Part shown: positions 1 to 9,488 of the stretch, piece after piece
Layout of the letters: each line of letters starts with the position of its first letter
How positions within the stretch are numbered: position 1 is the first letter of the stretch
DNA from: a virus
Lineage: Duplodnaviria > Heunggongvirae > Uroviricota > Caudoviricetes
Length of the DNA stretch: 36,958 nucleotides
Virus record (IMG/VR): IMGVR_UViG_3300033463_000046
Reading direction: 5' to 3' (one strand)
Notes under the pieces: model-generated
The model's input: the letters and a program-made list of their open reading frames with translations, nothing else
Told to the model about the DNA's origin: nothing
Databases searched by the model: none
Translations under genes and position numbers: made by a program

Positions 1-1
1 T

Positions 2-577
2 CTTAATAAGTTTAGAGTCTATAGTTGTAAAACTATTTTCCTTAACACGAGGATAATTGCTCAAAGTGCTCAGCACAGTCCTATTTATGGATATTATCTT
101 GGTAAAAAAGAAAATCTTGAGCAATGGAGAATATATTTCCCACAAAGAAAAGACTTTAGATTTTTAGGAAATGTTTCAAGTAAGACCATTCAAGGTTTTA
201 AGCAACTTCCCAAAAAGGGAAAACTCTTAGTAATAACTAAATCTATGAAAGATGTAATGTGTTTATATTCACTAGGTATTACGGCAATAGCTCCGAATAG
301 TGAAACTCAATTTGTGGATGATAAAACCTTAGAAAATCTCAAAGAACGATTTGAGAATATTGTATTGTTATATGATAATGATCTAACTGGGGTAAGATTT
401 GCTAATAAAATAAGAAAGCAACATCCAGAGTTGAAAGTTGCTATAATTCCGCGAAGCACAGGATCTAAAGATATTAGTGATTATTATAGAGATCATGGTA
501 GAGAAAAGACATTACAGTTTATTAAGGATTCTGCTAAAGTATTAATTAATAAATATGAAAAAGTAGGCAAACACTAA
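2..577 (+). CDS. DNA primase, TOPRIM domain (5'-truncated by window edge)
   Basis: Frame is open from nt 2 to TAA at 575-577 (the track only started it at Met 245). TOPRIM motifs: LVITKSMKDVMCL and LLYDNDLTG; C-terminal KDISDY. Confidence 0.85.
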   Translation, partial: LNKFRVYSCKTIFLNTRIIAQSAQHSPIYGYYLGKKENLEQWRIYFPQRKDFRFLGNVSSKTIQGFKQLPKKGKLLVITKSMKDVMCLYSLGITAIAPNSETQFVDDKTLENLKERFENIVLLYDNDLTGVRFANKIRKQHPELKVAIIPRSTGSKDISDYYRDHGREKTLQFIKDSAKVLINKYEKVGKH

Positions 578-1100
578 AGTAACAGCTTTTTACAAAGATG
601 GTACAACCTGCACCTTTGAGACAATTGAAGCTGCTTCAGAGATGACTGGTTTAGCTGTCACATCAATTAAAGCACGAGCAAATAGACCAGGTTCTGGTGC
701 TAAATCCAAGGATGGAATTACTTTTGAATGGGCTGATCCAGCAGTTAAGCGTAGTAAAACAGCCTCTAAGAGTAAGAAGAAAGGTAATGCATTTGAACTT
801 GAAGTTATTCATAAGTTAAGAGAAATAGGCTATGCTGGAAGCGTATCCAGTAGAAGTCAAGATAAACGTGCAGATGCTAATAAAATTGACGTTGTAGATA
901 TGGATGGTGAGTTACCTGTAAATGTGCAATGTAAGTATACTCAGAACTTGCCAAATTATTTTGACATTAGAGATGCTTGTACAGATAAGGATAAACCATT
1001 CTGTCTTATTTGGAAGAAAGCTGGAAAGGATGGAGAGCAGAGTAGAGGTACTGTGGCTGTCATTCCTGTTGAATACTTTTATCAATTAATCGCAAAATGA
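555..1100 (+). CDS. Holliday junction resolvase-like PD-(D/E)xK nuclease with N-terminal NUMOD1-like HTH; in-frame TAG at codon 4 (564-566)
   Basis: ATG 555 (A at -3, AT-rich context) is in frame with ATG 642: MKK*ANTKVTAFYKDGTTCTFETIEAASEMTGLAVTSIKARAN. The C-terminal half has KKKGNAFELEV...IDVVD...VQCK, typical of Hjc-like resolvases. The standard-code ORF is 642..1100. Confidence 0.7.
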
Positions 1101-1312
1101 ACACTTATTTATTACCCGTCGTCGATGACGAATTCGTTCCGTTTATCATGAAAGTTGTAGCTAATGGCTACAATGATGCTAAAGATAAATTCATTAAGAA
1201 ATTTTATGAAGATTATGAATGGGATTATGCAGGTGATTGGGACGATCTCCTAAAACAGGCCGAAGGAAGGGACTGGGGAATAGGAGAAATAAGTGATAAA
1301 GATGATTTTTAA
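1097..1312 (+). CDS. small acidic hypothetical protein
   Basis: 71 aa ORF, ATGA overlap with upstream gene, abuts the next gene. Confidence 0.75.
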   Translation: MNTYLLPVVDDEFVPFIMKVVANGYNDAKDKFIKKFYEDYEWDYAGDWDDLLKQAEGRDWGIGEISDKDDF

Positions 1313-1828
1313 ATGAGAATTGCGCTAGATATAGATGATGTCCTTGCACGCTTTATGCAGGCTTACTGTGATAAGTTTGAAACAGATAAGTATCCAAAGC
1401 GGCTAGAACCTAAGATCATAACCAGAAATGTACACAGAAAATTAATGTACGATAAAGATTTCTGGTTGTCCCTCGAAGTTAAGCATAGGCCAAACTTTGT
1501 ACCTGAACTATATTGCACAAAAAGAGTTAATCCTAAAGAGTATACTAAGAAATGGTTAGAGATAAACGGTTTTCCGAAAAGGCCAGTTTATCAAATGATC
1601 TATCAAAAAGGAAACAAAGCTACAATGATTAAAGGTCGTTGTGACGTGTTGATTGATGATAGTGTCTCTAACGTTCTTAAAGCTATGGCTTCAGGATTAC
1701 CAGCAATACTAATGGATGATGAATATAATAAACATTCTGATTATCCATATAGAATACATAGTTTAGATATAAATGAAATAACCTGTGTTTATGAAGACTT
1801 AATTAAGAATGAATTTAAAGGAAATTAA
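1313..1828 (+). CDS. HAD-family 5'(3')-deoxyribonucleotidase-like protein
   Basis: N-terminal IALDIDDVLA (DxDxV motif I) and LIDDS (motif IV). Confidence 0.75.
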   Translation: MRIALDIDDVLARFMQAYCDKFETDKYPKRLEPKIITRNVHRKLMYDKDFWLSLEVKHRPNFVPELYCTKRVNPKEYTKKWLEINGFPKRPVYQMIYQKGNKATMIKGRCDVLIDDSVSNVLKAMASGLPAILMDDEYNKHSDYPYRIHSLDINEITCVYEDLIKNEFKGN

Positions 1829-2861
1829 GCTTGAACCGTTGTTGGATACTCTGACACTTACTAAGATTCCTGATGAGATTTATTTCTCTTCTCAATATGG
1901 TCAGTATGTCAGTAATTCCAGACTCGGAAAACTAAATCCTAAACAGGGAGGTTCTCCCGAACAATTCTTTGCTCCATTCGTTCCGAGTGGTTACTCAGCA
2001 GCTCTCGAGATGGGAAGCGCTGTGCATGAATTGACACTTCAACCAGAATATTTTGAATTGGCTGATGATTTAGGAAAACCCACAGCTAAGCTGGGTGCAA
2101 TGGCAGATGCATTATATCCTATATTTGTAGGACGTGAAGTAACACCAGAAGATGTTATAGAAGCGTCTGATAAAGTGGATTATTATAAAGGTAAGATGAC
2201 TTCCGATTTAATCAAGAAGGTGTTGACATCTTGTACACCATATTGGGAAGCAAGATCTAAGAGTGAACTTGATATTACTCTTGGTAAAGAACTTATTCAT
2301 ATGGATACTCGTTCTATGGAGACAGTTAAATCTTGTGTTGAAGCTTTAAAGAACAACACCCAAGTACAAAGACTCCTTCATCCAGAAGGGTTGATTGAAC
2401 AACCTATAATAGCTAATGAGCAGGCTATTCTTATGGATGTGAAAGCAACTTGTCCCAATGGTAAAGAGTTTATCTTACATTTGAAATCCAAATTGGATAA
2501 TTATACCATAGATACTGAGAATAATACTATTGTAGTGAATGATGTGAAAACTATTGGCAAAATCTTATCTGAATTTGACAATAATATTGCTAAGTTCCAC
2601 TATAGTAGAGAAATGGCAATGTATCTTTATTTATTAAAGTTATGTGCCAAGAAATTCCATGGTATTGAAAATCCAAAAATTCAAGCCAATTATTTAGTCG
2701 TTTCGACTATTCCAGATTTTTACACTAAAGTTCAACCAGTAACCTATGGACAAATTGTCCAAGGCTTTAAGGAGTTCCAAACTCTTCTAAAGTATGTAGC
2801 CTATCAAATAGGTTATCACGATTATAGCTTGGATGAACGACCTGGAAAATATCAGCTTTGA
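1809..2861 (+). CDS. PD-(D/E)xK exonuclease (RecE/DUF3799-like)
   Basis: YF...VSNSRL, GSAVHEL, LKSKLDNY, VNDVKT and YSREMAMY motifs; 350 aa. Confidence 0.7.
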   Translation: MNLKEIKLEPLLDTLTLTKIPDEIYFSSQYGQYVSNSRLGKLNPKQGGSPEQFFAPFVPSGYSAALEMGSAVHELTLQPEYFELADDLGKPTAKLGAMADALYPIFVGREVTPEDVIEASDKVDYYKGKMTSDLIKKVLTSCTPYWEARSKSELDITLGKELIHMDTRSMETVKSCVEALKNNTQVQRLLHPEGLIEQPIIANEQAILMDVKATCPNGKEFILHLKSKLDNYTIDTENNTIVVNDVKTIGKILSEFDNNIAKFHYSREMAMYLYLLKLCAKKFHGIENPKIQANYLVVSTIPDFYTKVQPVTYGQIVQGFKEFQTLLKYVAYQIGYHDYSLDERPGKYQL

Positions 2862-3183
2862 AAAATTGTTAAAAATATATCGAAAGTATTTCTCCTTACA
2901 CTTTATAAATACGAATACGGACAATAAACTTGCTTTAATAGCATTAGTCTGTTTTCTAACTAATGAATTGAAAAAGAAAGACAAGAATATAACTTGTTAT
3001 GATGTACTCTTGAAGATTGGTAAAGATTTTCCGGATTTACAAAAGAATACTTTTCTCAAATCATTAGGTTGTCTCTGTGAAGACATAATGTATGGTTGTA
3101 AGGAGTTTAATACTTTTGGTGTTGACAGGAAAGATGTTCCGAAAACAATTAAGAAATTGTTAGACGAATATGTTCCTTTTTAA
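2833..3183 (+). CDS. hypothetical protein
   Basis: 116 aa ORF in operon orientation, overlaps upstream gene, TAA stop. Confidence 0.7.
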   Translation: MNDLENISFEKLLKIYRKYFSLHFINTNTDNKLALIALVCFLTNELKKKDKNITCYDVLLKIGKDFPDLQKNTFLKSLGCLCEDIMYGCKEFNTFGVDRKDVPKTIKKLLDEYVPF

Positions 3184-3228
3184 CAATTTTTAATAAATAG
3201 ATTTTAACATATTTTTAGATGTATGCAT

Positions 3229-3259
3229 TTTGGGTCAGTACATTTTGGTAGTATGTTTG
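3229..3259 (+). promoter_or_regulatory. Bacteroidota primary-sigma type promoter (-33 TTTG / -7 TAnnTTTG)
   Basis: TTTG at 3229-3232, 19-nt spacer, TATGTTTG at 3252-3259, in the largest intergenic gap, upstream of ATG 3339. Confidence 0.65.
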
Positions 3260-3338
3260 AATACATCAGTGATGAAACAGATGCACAAAATGATATAGAT
3301 TATATGTCAATGAATATGTTTTAAATTTTATTTAAATT

Positions 3339-3899
3339 ATGTCAACAACGATTTTAAATTTTAAGAAGGTTGAAGTAGTAGCCGAGAGCAAAGAAGCAGC
3401 AAAAGCACAGATTGAAGAGTCTTTATTCCACATCCAAGGTGATGCTACACAGGCATACAAGAATTGGGAAGAGAAGCAGAACGGAATCGTAACAGATCGT
3501 GACCGTAAAGAATTTATGTTAGATTATCTCGCTAAGAAGTCTAAGAATTGCCCAGGTGCTGGTTTTATGATTACAGTTGAGTCAGCAGTTAAAGATTCTC
3601 GTGAGCGTCCTTATAAGATTGACGACATCAAGAACGAGGAAGGTAAGAGAAAGACTAAGAGACAATATAAGTGGTTCGATGAGGCTACAAACACCGTAGT
3701 TTGCTCAGTAGACACAAACAAGACAGATGCTAAGAATGCAATTAAGGAGCTCTATAAGAGCGGCGAATACAAGGGCAACGCTAAGTTAGTTATTACTTAT
3801 GACGTTGTAGAGGGACAGGCAGTAGTAGCAACAGCTAAGTACACTCCTTCTAAGAATACCAAGAATGGTAAGTATATCGCTTTTGGAATTGAGGCTTAA
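3339..3899 (+). CDS. hypothetical protein, probably highly expressed
   Basis: 186 aa, K/E/A-rich. Codons visibly favour AAG, AAC, ATC, TAC, GCT relative to neighbours. Has its own promoter and terminator. Confidence 0.85.
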   Translation: MSTTILNFKKVEVVAESKEAAKAQIEESLFHIQGDATQAYKNWEEKQNGIVTDRDRKEFMLDYLAKKSKNCPGAGFMITVESAVKDSRERPYKIDDIKNEEGKRKTKRQYKWFDEATNTVVCSVDTNKTDAKNAIKELYKSGEYKGNAKLVITYDVVEGQAVVATAKYTPSKNTKNGKYIAFGIEA

Positions 3900-3919
3900 T
3901 TCTTCAGCATATATTCGTT

Positions 3920-3958
3920 GGGGAGGATAGCAGTGATGCTGTCTTCCCCTATTTTTTT
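3920..3958 (+). terminator. Rho-independent terminator
   Basis: 13-bp stem GGGGAGGATAGCA / TGCTGTCTTCCCC (2 G:U pairs), GTGA (GNRA) loop, followed by TATTTTTTT. Confidence 0.9.
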
Positions 3959-4006
3959 GTTCGTCTAATTTGATAACTAAAACTTCGAGAGAAGAATAAA
4001 AGTCAA

Positions 4007-4588
4007 ATGAATTTTCCCGAAATATCAACTGATAGAGTATTTTCACAAATACCAAAAGGGAGCGTTGAAGCAATGTCTGATTTCATGTGGAGTGATGCTC
4101 TATGGAATCAAGGTAATTGTAGAATTGACCTGAAACGTAAAGTAGGTTCTGGTTTCGTAGACGTTCTTCTTAGATATTATAATGAATTGGGAGATAAATA
4201 TATATGGATGTTAGGAGAGTATAAGCAAAAGTATGATCAAGAAATGCAGGCTATAGCTCAACTCCTAATGTACCTCGGAAATTTCTTCTATGATACTAAT
4301 ATAGAAGGAATAGATAATTTAGCTAATGTGTTTGTCGCATCCGGTGAGCATTTTAGGCTAATAAGAAGAGAGAAGTTATTTGGGATAATGGAAAAGTTTG
4401 AGTATATTTGGAGAAAGCACTTTAGGGTAAGTCCTAACACTGCTTATGAAGTGCCAGAGATACGAGAATTTGTTCAACAATATTCCCAAGAACTGTTAGA
4501 AGACAGTTTATTAGTAATGAGATCCGAGAATAATATAAGATTAGACGAATTAATCAAAAGTATTTATAAGGAATGGAACTTACAGTAG
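4007..4588 (+). CDS. restriction-endonuclease-fold (PD-(D/E)xK-like) protein
   Basis: GFVDVLL...LGEYK...AIAQLLMYL resembles the D...ExK...QLxxY signature. Ends in TAG; read-through would stop at TAA 4619-4621. Confidence 0.5.
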   Translation: MNFPEISTDRVFSQIPKGSVEAMSDFMWSDALWNQGNCRIDLKRKVGSGFVDVLLRYYNELGDKYIWMLGEYKQKYDQEMQAIAQLLMYLGNFFYDTNIEGIDNLANVFVASGEHFRLIRREKLFGIMEKFEYIWRKHFRVSPNTAYEVPEIREFVQQYSQELLEDSLLVMRSENNIRLDELIKSIYKEWNLQ

Positions 4589-5340
4589 ACCAATTACTAC
4601 AAGGTAAAGCTACTAAGATAAAGGAGAAAGAGTTCTTCACGACAAAAGCGTATGTCGAACCATTCTTTGATAGGATGTCAAAGTATACTGAAGAATTTAT
4701 AATCAATGTAAAGCCTGCAGATCAAATATCTCTTACTCCTAGTGGGGAGGTAAACTTTGATGATATAGTTTATAATAGAGTATGGATTCAGGCCGTATTG
4801 CCCGATGAATATGCGTATGAAAATCATAAGAGAGTAATGAGTATGATTTATGCTCTGGATACTCGCAAGCCAGTAGTTAAGATGTATACAGGAGCATTAA
4901 ACATGGCTTGTTTAAACTTATGTGTGTTTAATCCTGATGCCTTAAATGTAGCTGAACTTGAGCCAACTACTGCTATTAATTTTAGTCCAGTAAATCTCTT
5001 AATGGGAATGACAGACACTATCAAAGTAACTCTTGAAAAGATGTCTAAGAAAATCTATACTAGAGACAGTATTTATGAAGAGTTAGGTCTTTGGATAGAT
5101 AGAAGTATTACTGCTAAATATAATAGTGGATTTGGTATTGTCAAGATTGCTGAGTCAGGTCCGATTAATGTATATAAGAGTCTTTTCTATGATGAAGAGT
5201 CTAGTTATTATACTAGGGGAGAAGAGGTTGATGGATTCACAGTCTATAATGCCTTTACTGACCTGATTACCCAAGATAAGAAAGATCTTGTCAATAAGTT
5301 TGAGAAGACTCTTCTTGTAAAGGAAATCATGGATATTTAA
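4573..5340 (+). CDS. DUF932-like conserved crAss-like phage protein
   Basis: 255 aa; GALNMACLNLCVF segment and TVYNAFTDLIT C-terminus recall DUF932-type proteins of crAss-like phages (recognition from memory). Confidence 0.5.
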   Translation: MELTVDQLLQGKATKIKEKEFFTTKAYVEPFFDRMSKYTEEFIINVKPADQISLTPSGEVNFDDIVYNRVWIQAVLPDEYAYENHKRVMSMIYALDTRKPVVKMYTGALNMACLNLCVFNPDALNVAELEPTTAINFSPVNLLMGMTDTIKVTLEKMSKKIYTRDSIYEELGLWIDRSITAKYNSGFGIVKIAESGPINVYKSLFYDEESSYYTRGEEVDGFTVYNAFTDLITQDKKDLVNKFEKTLLVKEIMDI

Positions 5341-6500
5341 TGCCACGAAGACTTACTACTGAAGAGTTTATCGAAAAAGCGCGAGCCGTTCATGGAGATA
5401 TATATGATTATTCTAAGGTTGAATATATAAATAATCAAACTAAAGTTTGCATAATATGTCCTGTTCATGGAGAGTTCTGGCAAACACCTGGTAATCATTT
5501 ACACGGTTATGGATGTAATCAATGCGCTATAGAAAAGCGTAAGACTTCTTCTACAGGAAAACGTTCTACTGCAGAAGAATTTATTAAGAAAGCTATAGAA
5601 GTTCATGGTAACAAATATGATTATTCTAAAGTAAATTATATAAATAGAAAAACTGATGTTTGTATAATATGTCCAGAACATGGAGAATTTTGGCAACAAC
5701 CTTCTCATCATTTACAAGGATCTATTTGTCCTAAGTGTGCAGATTTAGGTAGAAAAGAAAAATTAACACTTACTAATGATGATGTTATTGAAAGACTTCA
5801 GAAAGTTAGAGGCGATAGATATGATTATTCTAAAGTAAAGTATACTGGATGGAATGATCCTATTGTAATTACATGTAAAGAACATGGAGATTTCGTTACA
5901 ACAGCTTCAAATGCTTTAGACCGTAGAACTATTGAAATTTGTCCATATTGTTGTGATACTGCTCATATTATAAATACAGAACATTTTATATTTAGAGCTA
6001 AACAAGTTCATGGTAATATATATGATTACTCTAAAGTTAAATATGGTAAAACTAATGATAAAGTATGTATAGTTTGTTCAAAACATGGAGAGTTTTGGCA
6101 GTCACCAAATGACCATCTTCAAGGTAAAGGTTGTTTGAAATGTGGTTACGAAAAAAGTTTAAACATATCTGTTTCCAAAGGAGAAATTGAAATTATGAAT
6201 ATACTTAATAAACATAATATTGAGTATATGACACAAATTCCAATAAAATCCTCAATTAATTATACAGGATGGATGTATATAGACTTTTATATACCTTCCA
6301 TGAATACCATTATAGAATATAATGGTCAACAACATTATACTGCTGTTAAAGGTATGGGCGGAGAATTAAGATTTGAAAAACAACAGGCTCGTGATGAAGA
6401 ACTTCGTCAATATTGTAAAGACAACAGTATTAGACTTATTGAGATAAGATATGACGAAGATGTTTGGGAAAAACTCAACAATGAAATCATATGCAAGTAA
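5340..6500 (+). mobile_element. free-standing homing-endonuclease-like gene: four zinc-ribbon repeats plus C-terminal Vsr/DUF559-like PD-(D/E)xK nuclease
   Basis: Four copies of F...A..VHG..YDYSKV.Y....KV.I.C..HGEF.Q....HL.G..C..C, then IDFYIPSMNTIIEYNGQQHY...RDEELRQYCKDNSIRLIEIRY. Sits directly upstream of nrdD. Confidence 0.75.
5364..6150 (+). repeat. four intragenic ~200-213 bp degenerate tandem repeats
   Basis: TATGATTA(T/C)TCTAA at 5403, 5616, 5820, 6021; CATGGAGA(G/A/T)TT at about 5466, 5679, 5883, 6084. Confidence 0.85.
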
Positions 6501-8710
6501 TTAAGCGAGACGGTACAAAAGAACAATTTAACAAACATAAGATTTATGAAGCAATCGGAAAAGCATTCGATGCTCTCAATTGGAAGATTTCTCCGAACGC
6601 TATTAATAATGTGGTGGATGCGGTTCCTGTATGGGACGGTATTACGATCGAAGAAATTCAGGATTCTGTTATTGAAACCCTCCGCGATTTTGACTATGAT
6701 AAAGTGGCGGATTGCTATGCGGCTTACAGGGGTGAGCAATCACGTCTAAGAGAAATCGAGAAGAAAATCAATTATCAGGATGAGTATATGGCGAGTGGTG
6801 AAAATGCAGCCACTTCGTCAGAAACTGATGGTAACGCTAATGTTATTAGTAAGAATGTTGCCACCTTAGAAAGTGAGGATAGAAAGCGTGAGAATAGAGA
6901 TATTCAACGCTATAGAATGAAGCATCAGCTTAAGAAGATGTCTCCAGAAGTTGCGAGTCAATATCGTAGAGATTTGGAACATCATATTATCTATACTCAC
7001 GATGAAGCATCTACTTCTGTATTGAAGCAGTATTGTATGGCAGCATCTCTATATCCTCTTATGTTAGAAGGTGTAGGAAATATTGATGGTGTAACTCCTG
7101 GTCCTCCAAATGATTTACAATCATTTAGTGGTCAAGTTACTAATCTTGTATTCTTATTATCTTCTCAATGTAAAGGAGCTGTTGCATTAGGCGGATATTT
7201 CATTGCACTTAACTATTATATAATAGCTGAGTTTGGAGAAGATTGGTATAACAAATTAGACTGTATTGCTACAAGTGAACACTGTAAAATTCAAAGGACT
7301 ATTGGTGATTCTATTAAGAAAGCTTTTAAACAGTTTGTGTGGGGTATTAATCAGCCTGCTGGTAATAGGAGTTATCAGTCTCCTTTTACTAATGTTAGTT
7401 ATTACGATCATACCTATTTCAATTCTCTGTTTGCTGATTTTTATTATCCTGATGGTACACAACCTGAGTGGAAGGCTATTGACACACTTCAGCGAATGTT
7501 CATGCGATGGTTTAATCAACTTAGACTAAAGCAGGTACTTACTTTCCCAGTTGAAACATTTGCTATGGTTTATGATCCCAAAACTATGGATATTATAGAT
7601 AAGGATTATAAAGACTTCTGTGCAGAAATGTATGCTGAAGGACATTCCTTCTTTACTTATATTTCTGATTCTGCAGATAGTTTAGCAAGTTGTTGTAGAC
7701 TTAGAAATGCTCTTGACAAGAATACCTTTAATCCTACTTCTGGTTTAACTGGAATTAAGACAGGTTCTTGTAATGTTATTACTCTCAATATGAATAGAAT
7801 AGTTCAAGATTGGTATGCTCTTGATGAGCCAGATCCAAGTATTGAATATGATGTTCAAGGAGCAATGCATTCACCAGCTGACAGAATTAACACTATGTGG
7901 GTTGGTAGTAAAGAAGAAGCATTTAAACTATTTAAAGGATATCTAATTAGAATCCTTGAGAGAGTTTATAAGTATCATATAGCATATAAGACAATGCTTT
8001 ATGAATGGGAGGATAAAGGTATGTTTGCTTCTTCTAATGGAGGTTATATCAATATCAAGAATCTGTATAGCACTGTAGGTTTAAATGGTCTTAATGAGGC
8101 TGCAGAATTCTTAGGATTCAAGGTATCTAATAATAAAGAATATATTGAATTCTTACAATTAGTTCTCGGAACTATTAAGGAACAAAATGCTAAACATTCC
8201 ATTCATGATTCTAAGAGACCATTCCTATTCAATAGTGAGGTAGTACCTGCCGAAGGATTAGGTGGAAAGAATTATAAATGGGATAAAGAAGAAAATTACT
8301 GGGTTCCCGAAGATAGAAACTTATACAACTCTTATTTCTATAATGCTCATGATGATACATCAGTACTTGATAAGTTCATTTTACATGGACGACAAACTTA
8401 TCAGTATACCGACGGAGGAAGTGCATTACACTGTAATCTGGAGGAACACTTAAGTAAAGCACAATATCTCAGGTTAATCGACTTTGCTATTAAGGAAGGT
8501 ACCAGTTATTTTACCTTTAATATTCCTAATAGTAAATGTGAGGATTGTGGACATATTGTGAAAGCTCCGATTAAAGAATGTCCTAAGTGTGGTAGTAAAC
8601 ATATTACTTGGTATACTAGAATTATTGGTTATCTGAGACCTTTAACTTCCTTCGGTAAGGATAGAAGAATAGAGGCAGATAAGAGAACTTATTCAAAAAC
8701 TATAGAATGA
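6491..8710 (+). CDS. nrdD: anaerobic (class III) ribonucleoside-triphosphate reductase
   Basis: N-terminal ATP cone (MQVIKRDGTKEQFNKHKI), SCCRL, C-terminal CEDCG...CPKCG zinc ribbon and glycyl-radical motif RIIGYL. Confidence 0.95.
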   Translation: MQVIKRDGTKEQFNKHKIYEAIGKAFDALNWKISPNAINNVVDAVPVWDGITIEEIQDSVIETLRDFDYDKVADCYAAYRGEQSRLREIEKKINYQDEYMASGENAATSSETDGNANVISKNVATLESEDRKRENRDIQRYRMKHQLKKMSPEVASQYRRDLEHHIIYTHDEASTSVLKQYCMAASLYPLMLEGVGNIDGVTPGPPNDLQSFSGQVTNLVFLLSSQCKGAVALGGYFIALNYYIIAEFGEDWYNKLDCIATSEHCKIQRTIGDSIKKAFKQFVWGINQPAGNRSYQSPFTNVSYYDHTYFNSLFADFYYPDGTQPEWKAIDTLQRMFMRWFNQLRLKQVLTFPVETFAMVYDPKTMDIIDKDYKDFCAEMYAEGHSFFTYISDSADSLASCCRLRNALDKNTFNPTSGLTGIKTGSCNVITLNMNRIVQDWYALDEPDPSIEYDVQGAMHSPADRINTMWVGSKEEAFKLFKGYLIRILERVYKYHIAYKTMLYEWEDKGMFASSNGGYINIKNLYSTVGLNGLNEAAEFLGFKVSNNKEYIEFLQLVLGTIKEQNAKHSIHDSKRPFLFNSEVVPAEGLGGKNYKWDKEENYWVPEDRNLYNSYFYNAHDDTSVLDKFILHGRQTYQYTDGGSALHCNLEEHLSKAQYLRLIDFAIKEGTSYFTFNIPNSKCEDCGHIVKAPIKECPKCGSKHITWYTRIIGYLRPLTSFGKDRRIEADKRTYSKTIE

Positions 8711-9156
8711 AATATATGACAGCGGGCATAGTATTTACTGAGATTCCGGATGAAATAACTCTGGAACTCGGTATTTCTAATTGCCCGTATCATTGTGAGG
8801 GATGTCATAGTCCCTTCTTACAGTCTGATATGGGAGAAGAACTTACTTGGATTAAGTTGAAAGAAATGTTAGAAATCTATAAAGATTTAATAACTTGTTT
8901 ATTAATTTCTGGAGGAGATTCTATGTCCGCTGAATACTTATTTAAGTTAGTTAAACTAGAATATCCAAAAATTAAAACAGCTTGGTATTCCGGAGGTGAA
9001 GAACTCCCTAAGAACATTAGATATTTTGACTATGTTAAGTTAGGTCCATATAAGCAAGATTTAGGTGGTTTAAAGAGTCCTACAACTAATCAAAAACTGT
9101 ACAAGGTACAAGATAATGGTGAATTGTTGGATATAACTAGCAAGTTCTGGAAATGA
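8707..9156 (+). CDS. nrdG: class III RNR activating protein (radical SAM)
   Basis: CPYHCEGCHS (CxxxCxxC), ISGGD, VKLGPY, TTNQKLY; ATGA-coupled to nrdD. Confidence 0.92.
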   Translation: MKYMTAGIVFTEIPDEITLELGISNCPYHCEGCHSPFLQSDMGEELTWIKLKEMLEIYKDLITCLLISGGDSMSAEYLFKLVKLEYPKIKTAWYSGGEELPKNIRYFDYVKLGPYKQDLGGLKSPTTNQKLYKVQDNGELLDITSKFWK

Positions 9157-9488
9157 TTTTAAATTTAGCCTATACTGGAAACGATCTTGACTTTCTAAGA
9201 AAAGTTAAAGAACTTTTAGAGAATTATCCTTTAGTTGAATTACATGCTTTTTGTAAAGATAAGTACAAGGAGCAAAAGAATTATTATAAATTGTTACAAC
9301 ACTTTGCTACTAGAGCAGGTAAGTTTATGGTTCTTTTTGATAATGATAATAATGTAGTCCAACCATTTTATATAGAGGATAGAACATTTAGTATAGATTA
9401 TTTAAAAATAGTTTTAGATCACTGGGTATTGTATAATCCTATAGAGGATGGACACGATAGAACTGAAGAAACAGAGGGAGGATCTTGA
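9153..9488 (+). CDS. hypothetical protein
   Basis: 111 aa, ATGA-coupled to nrdG. Confidence 0.7.
   Translation: MILNLAYTGNDLDFLRKVKELLENYPLVELHAFCKDKYKEQKNYYKLLQHFATRAGKFMVLFDNDNNVVQPFYIEDRTFSIDYLKIVLDHWVLYNPIEDGHDRTEETEGGS

Noticed and set aside
3253-3324. 23-aa ORF MFEYISDETDAQNDIDYMSMNMF (possible leader peptide)
   Set aside because: Its ATG lies inside the predicted -7 promoter element, so it would be upstream of the transcription start. No independent support.
5364-6150. CRISPR array or DGR template/variable repeats
   Set aside because: The repeats are ~200-bp in-frame protein-domain repeats that vary mainly at codon level. There are no spacers and no reverse transcriptase.
7800-7930. 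~30-aa insertion in NrdD (DWYALDEPDPSIEYDVQGAMHSPADRINTMW)
   Set aside because: Too short for an intein, lacks splicing residues, and is probably a variable surface loop.
5340-8710. Group I intron or intein associated with the endonuclease, nrdD or polA
   Set aside because: Neighbouring genes are intact and overlap the endonuclease ORF directly. nrdD and polA have normal lengths with no intein-like C...HN block.
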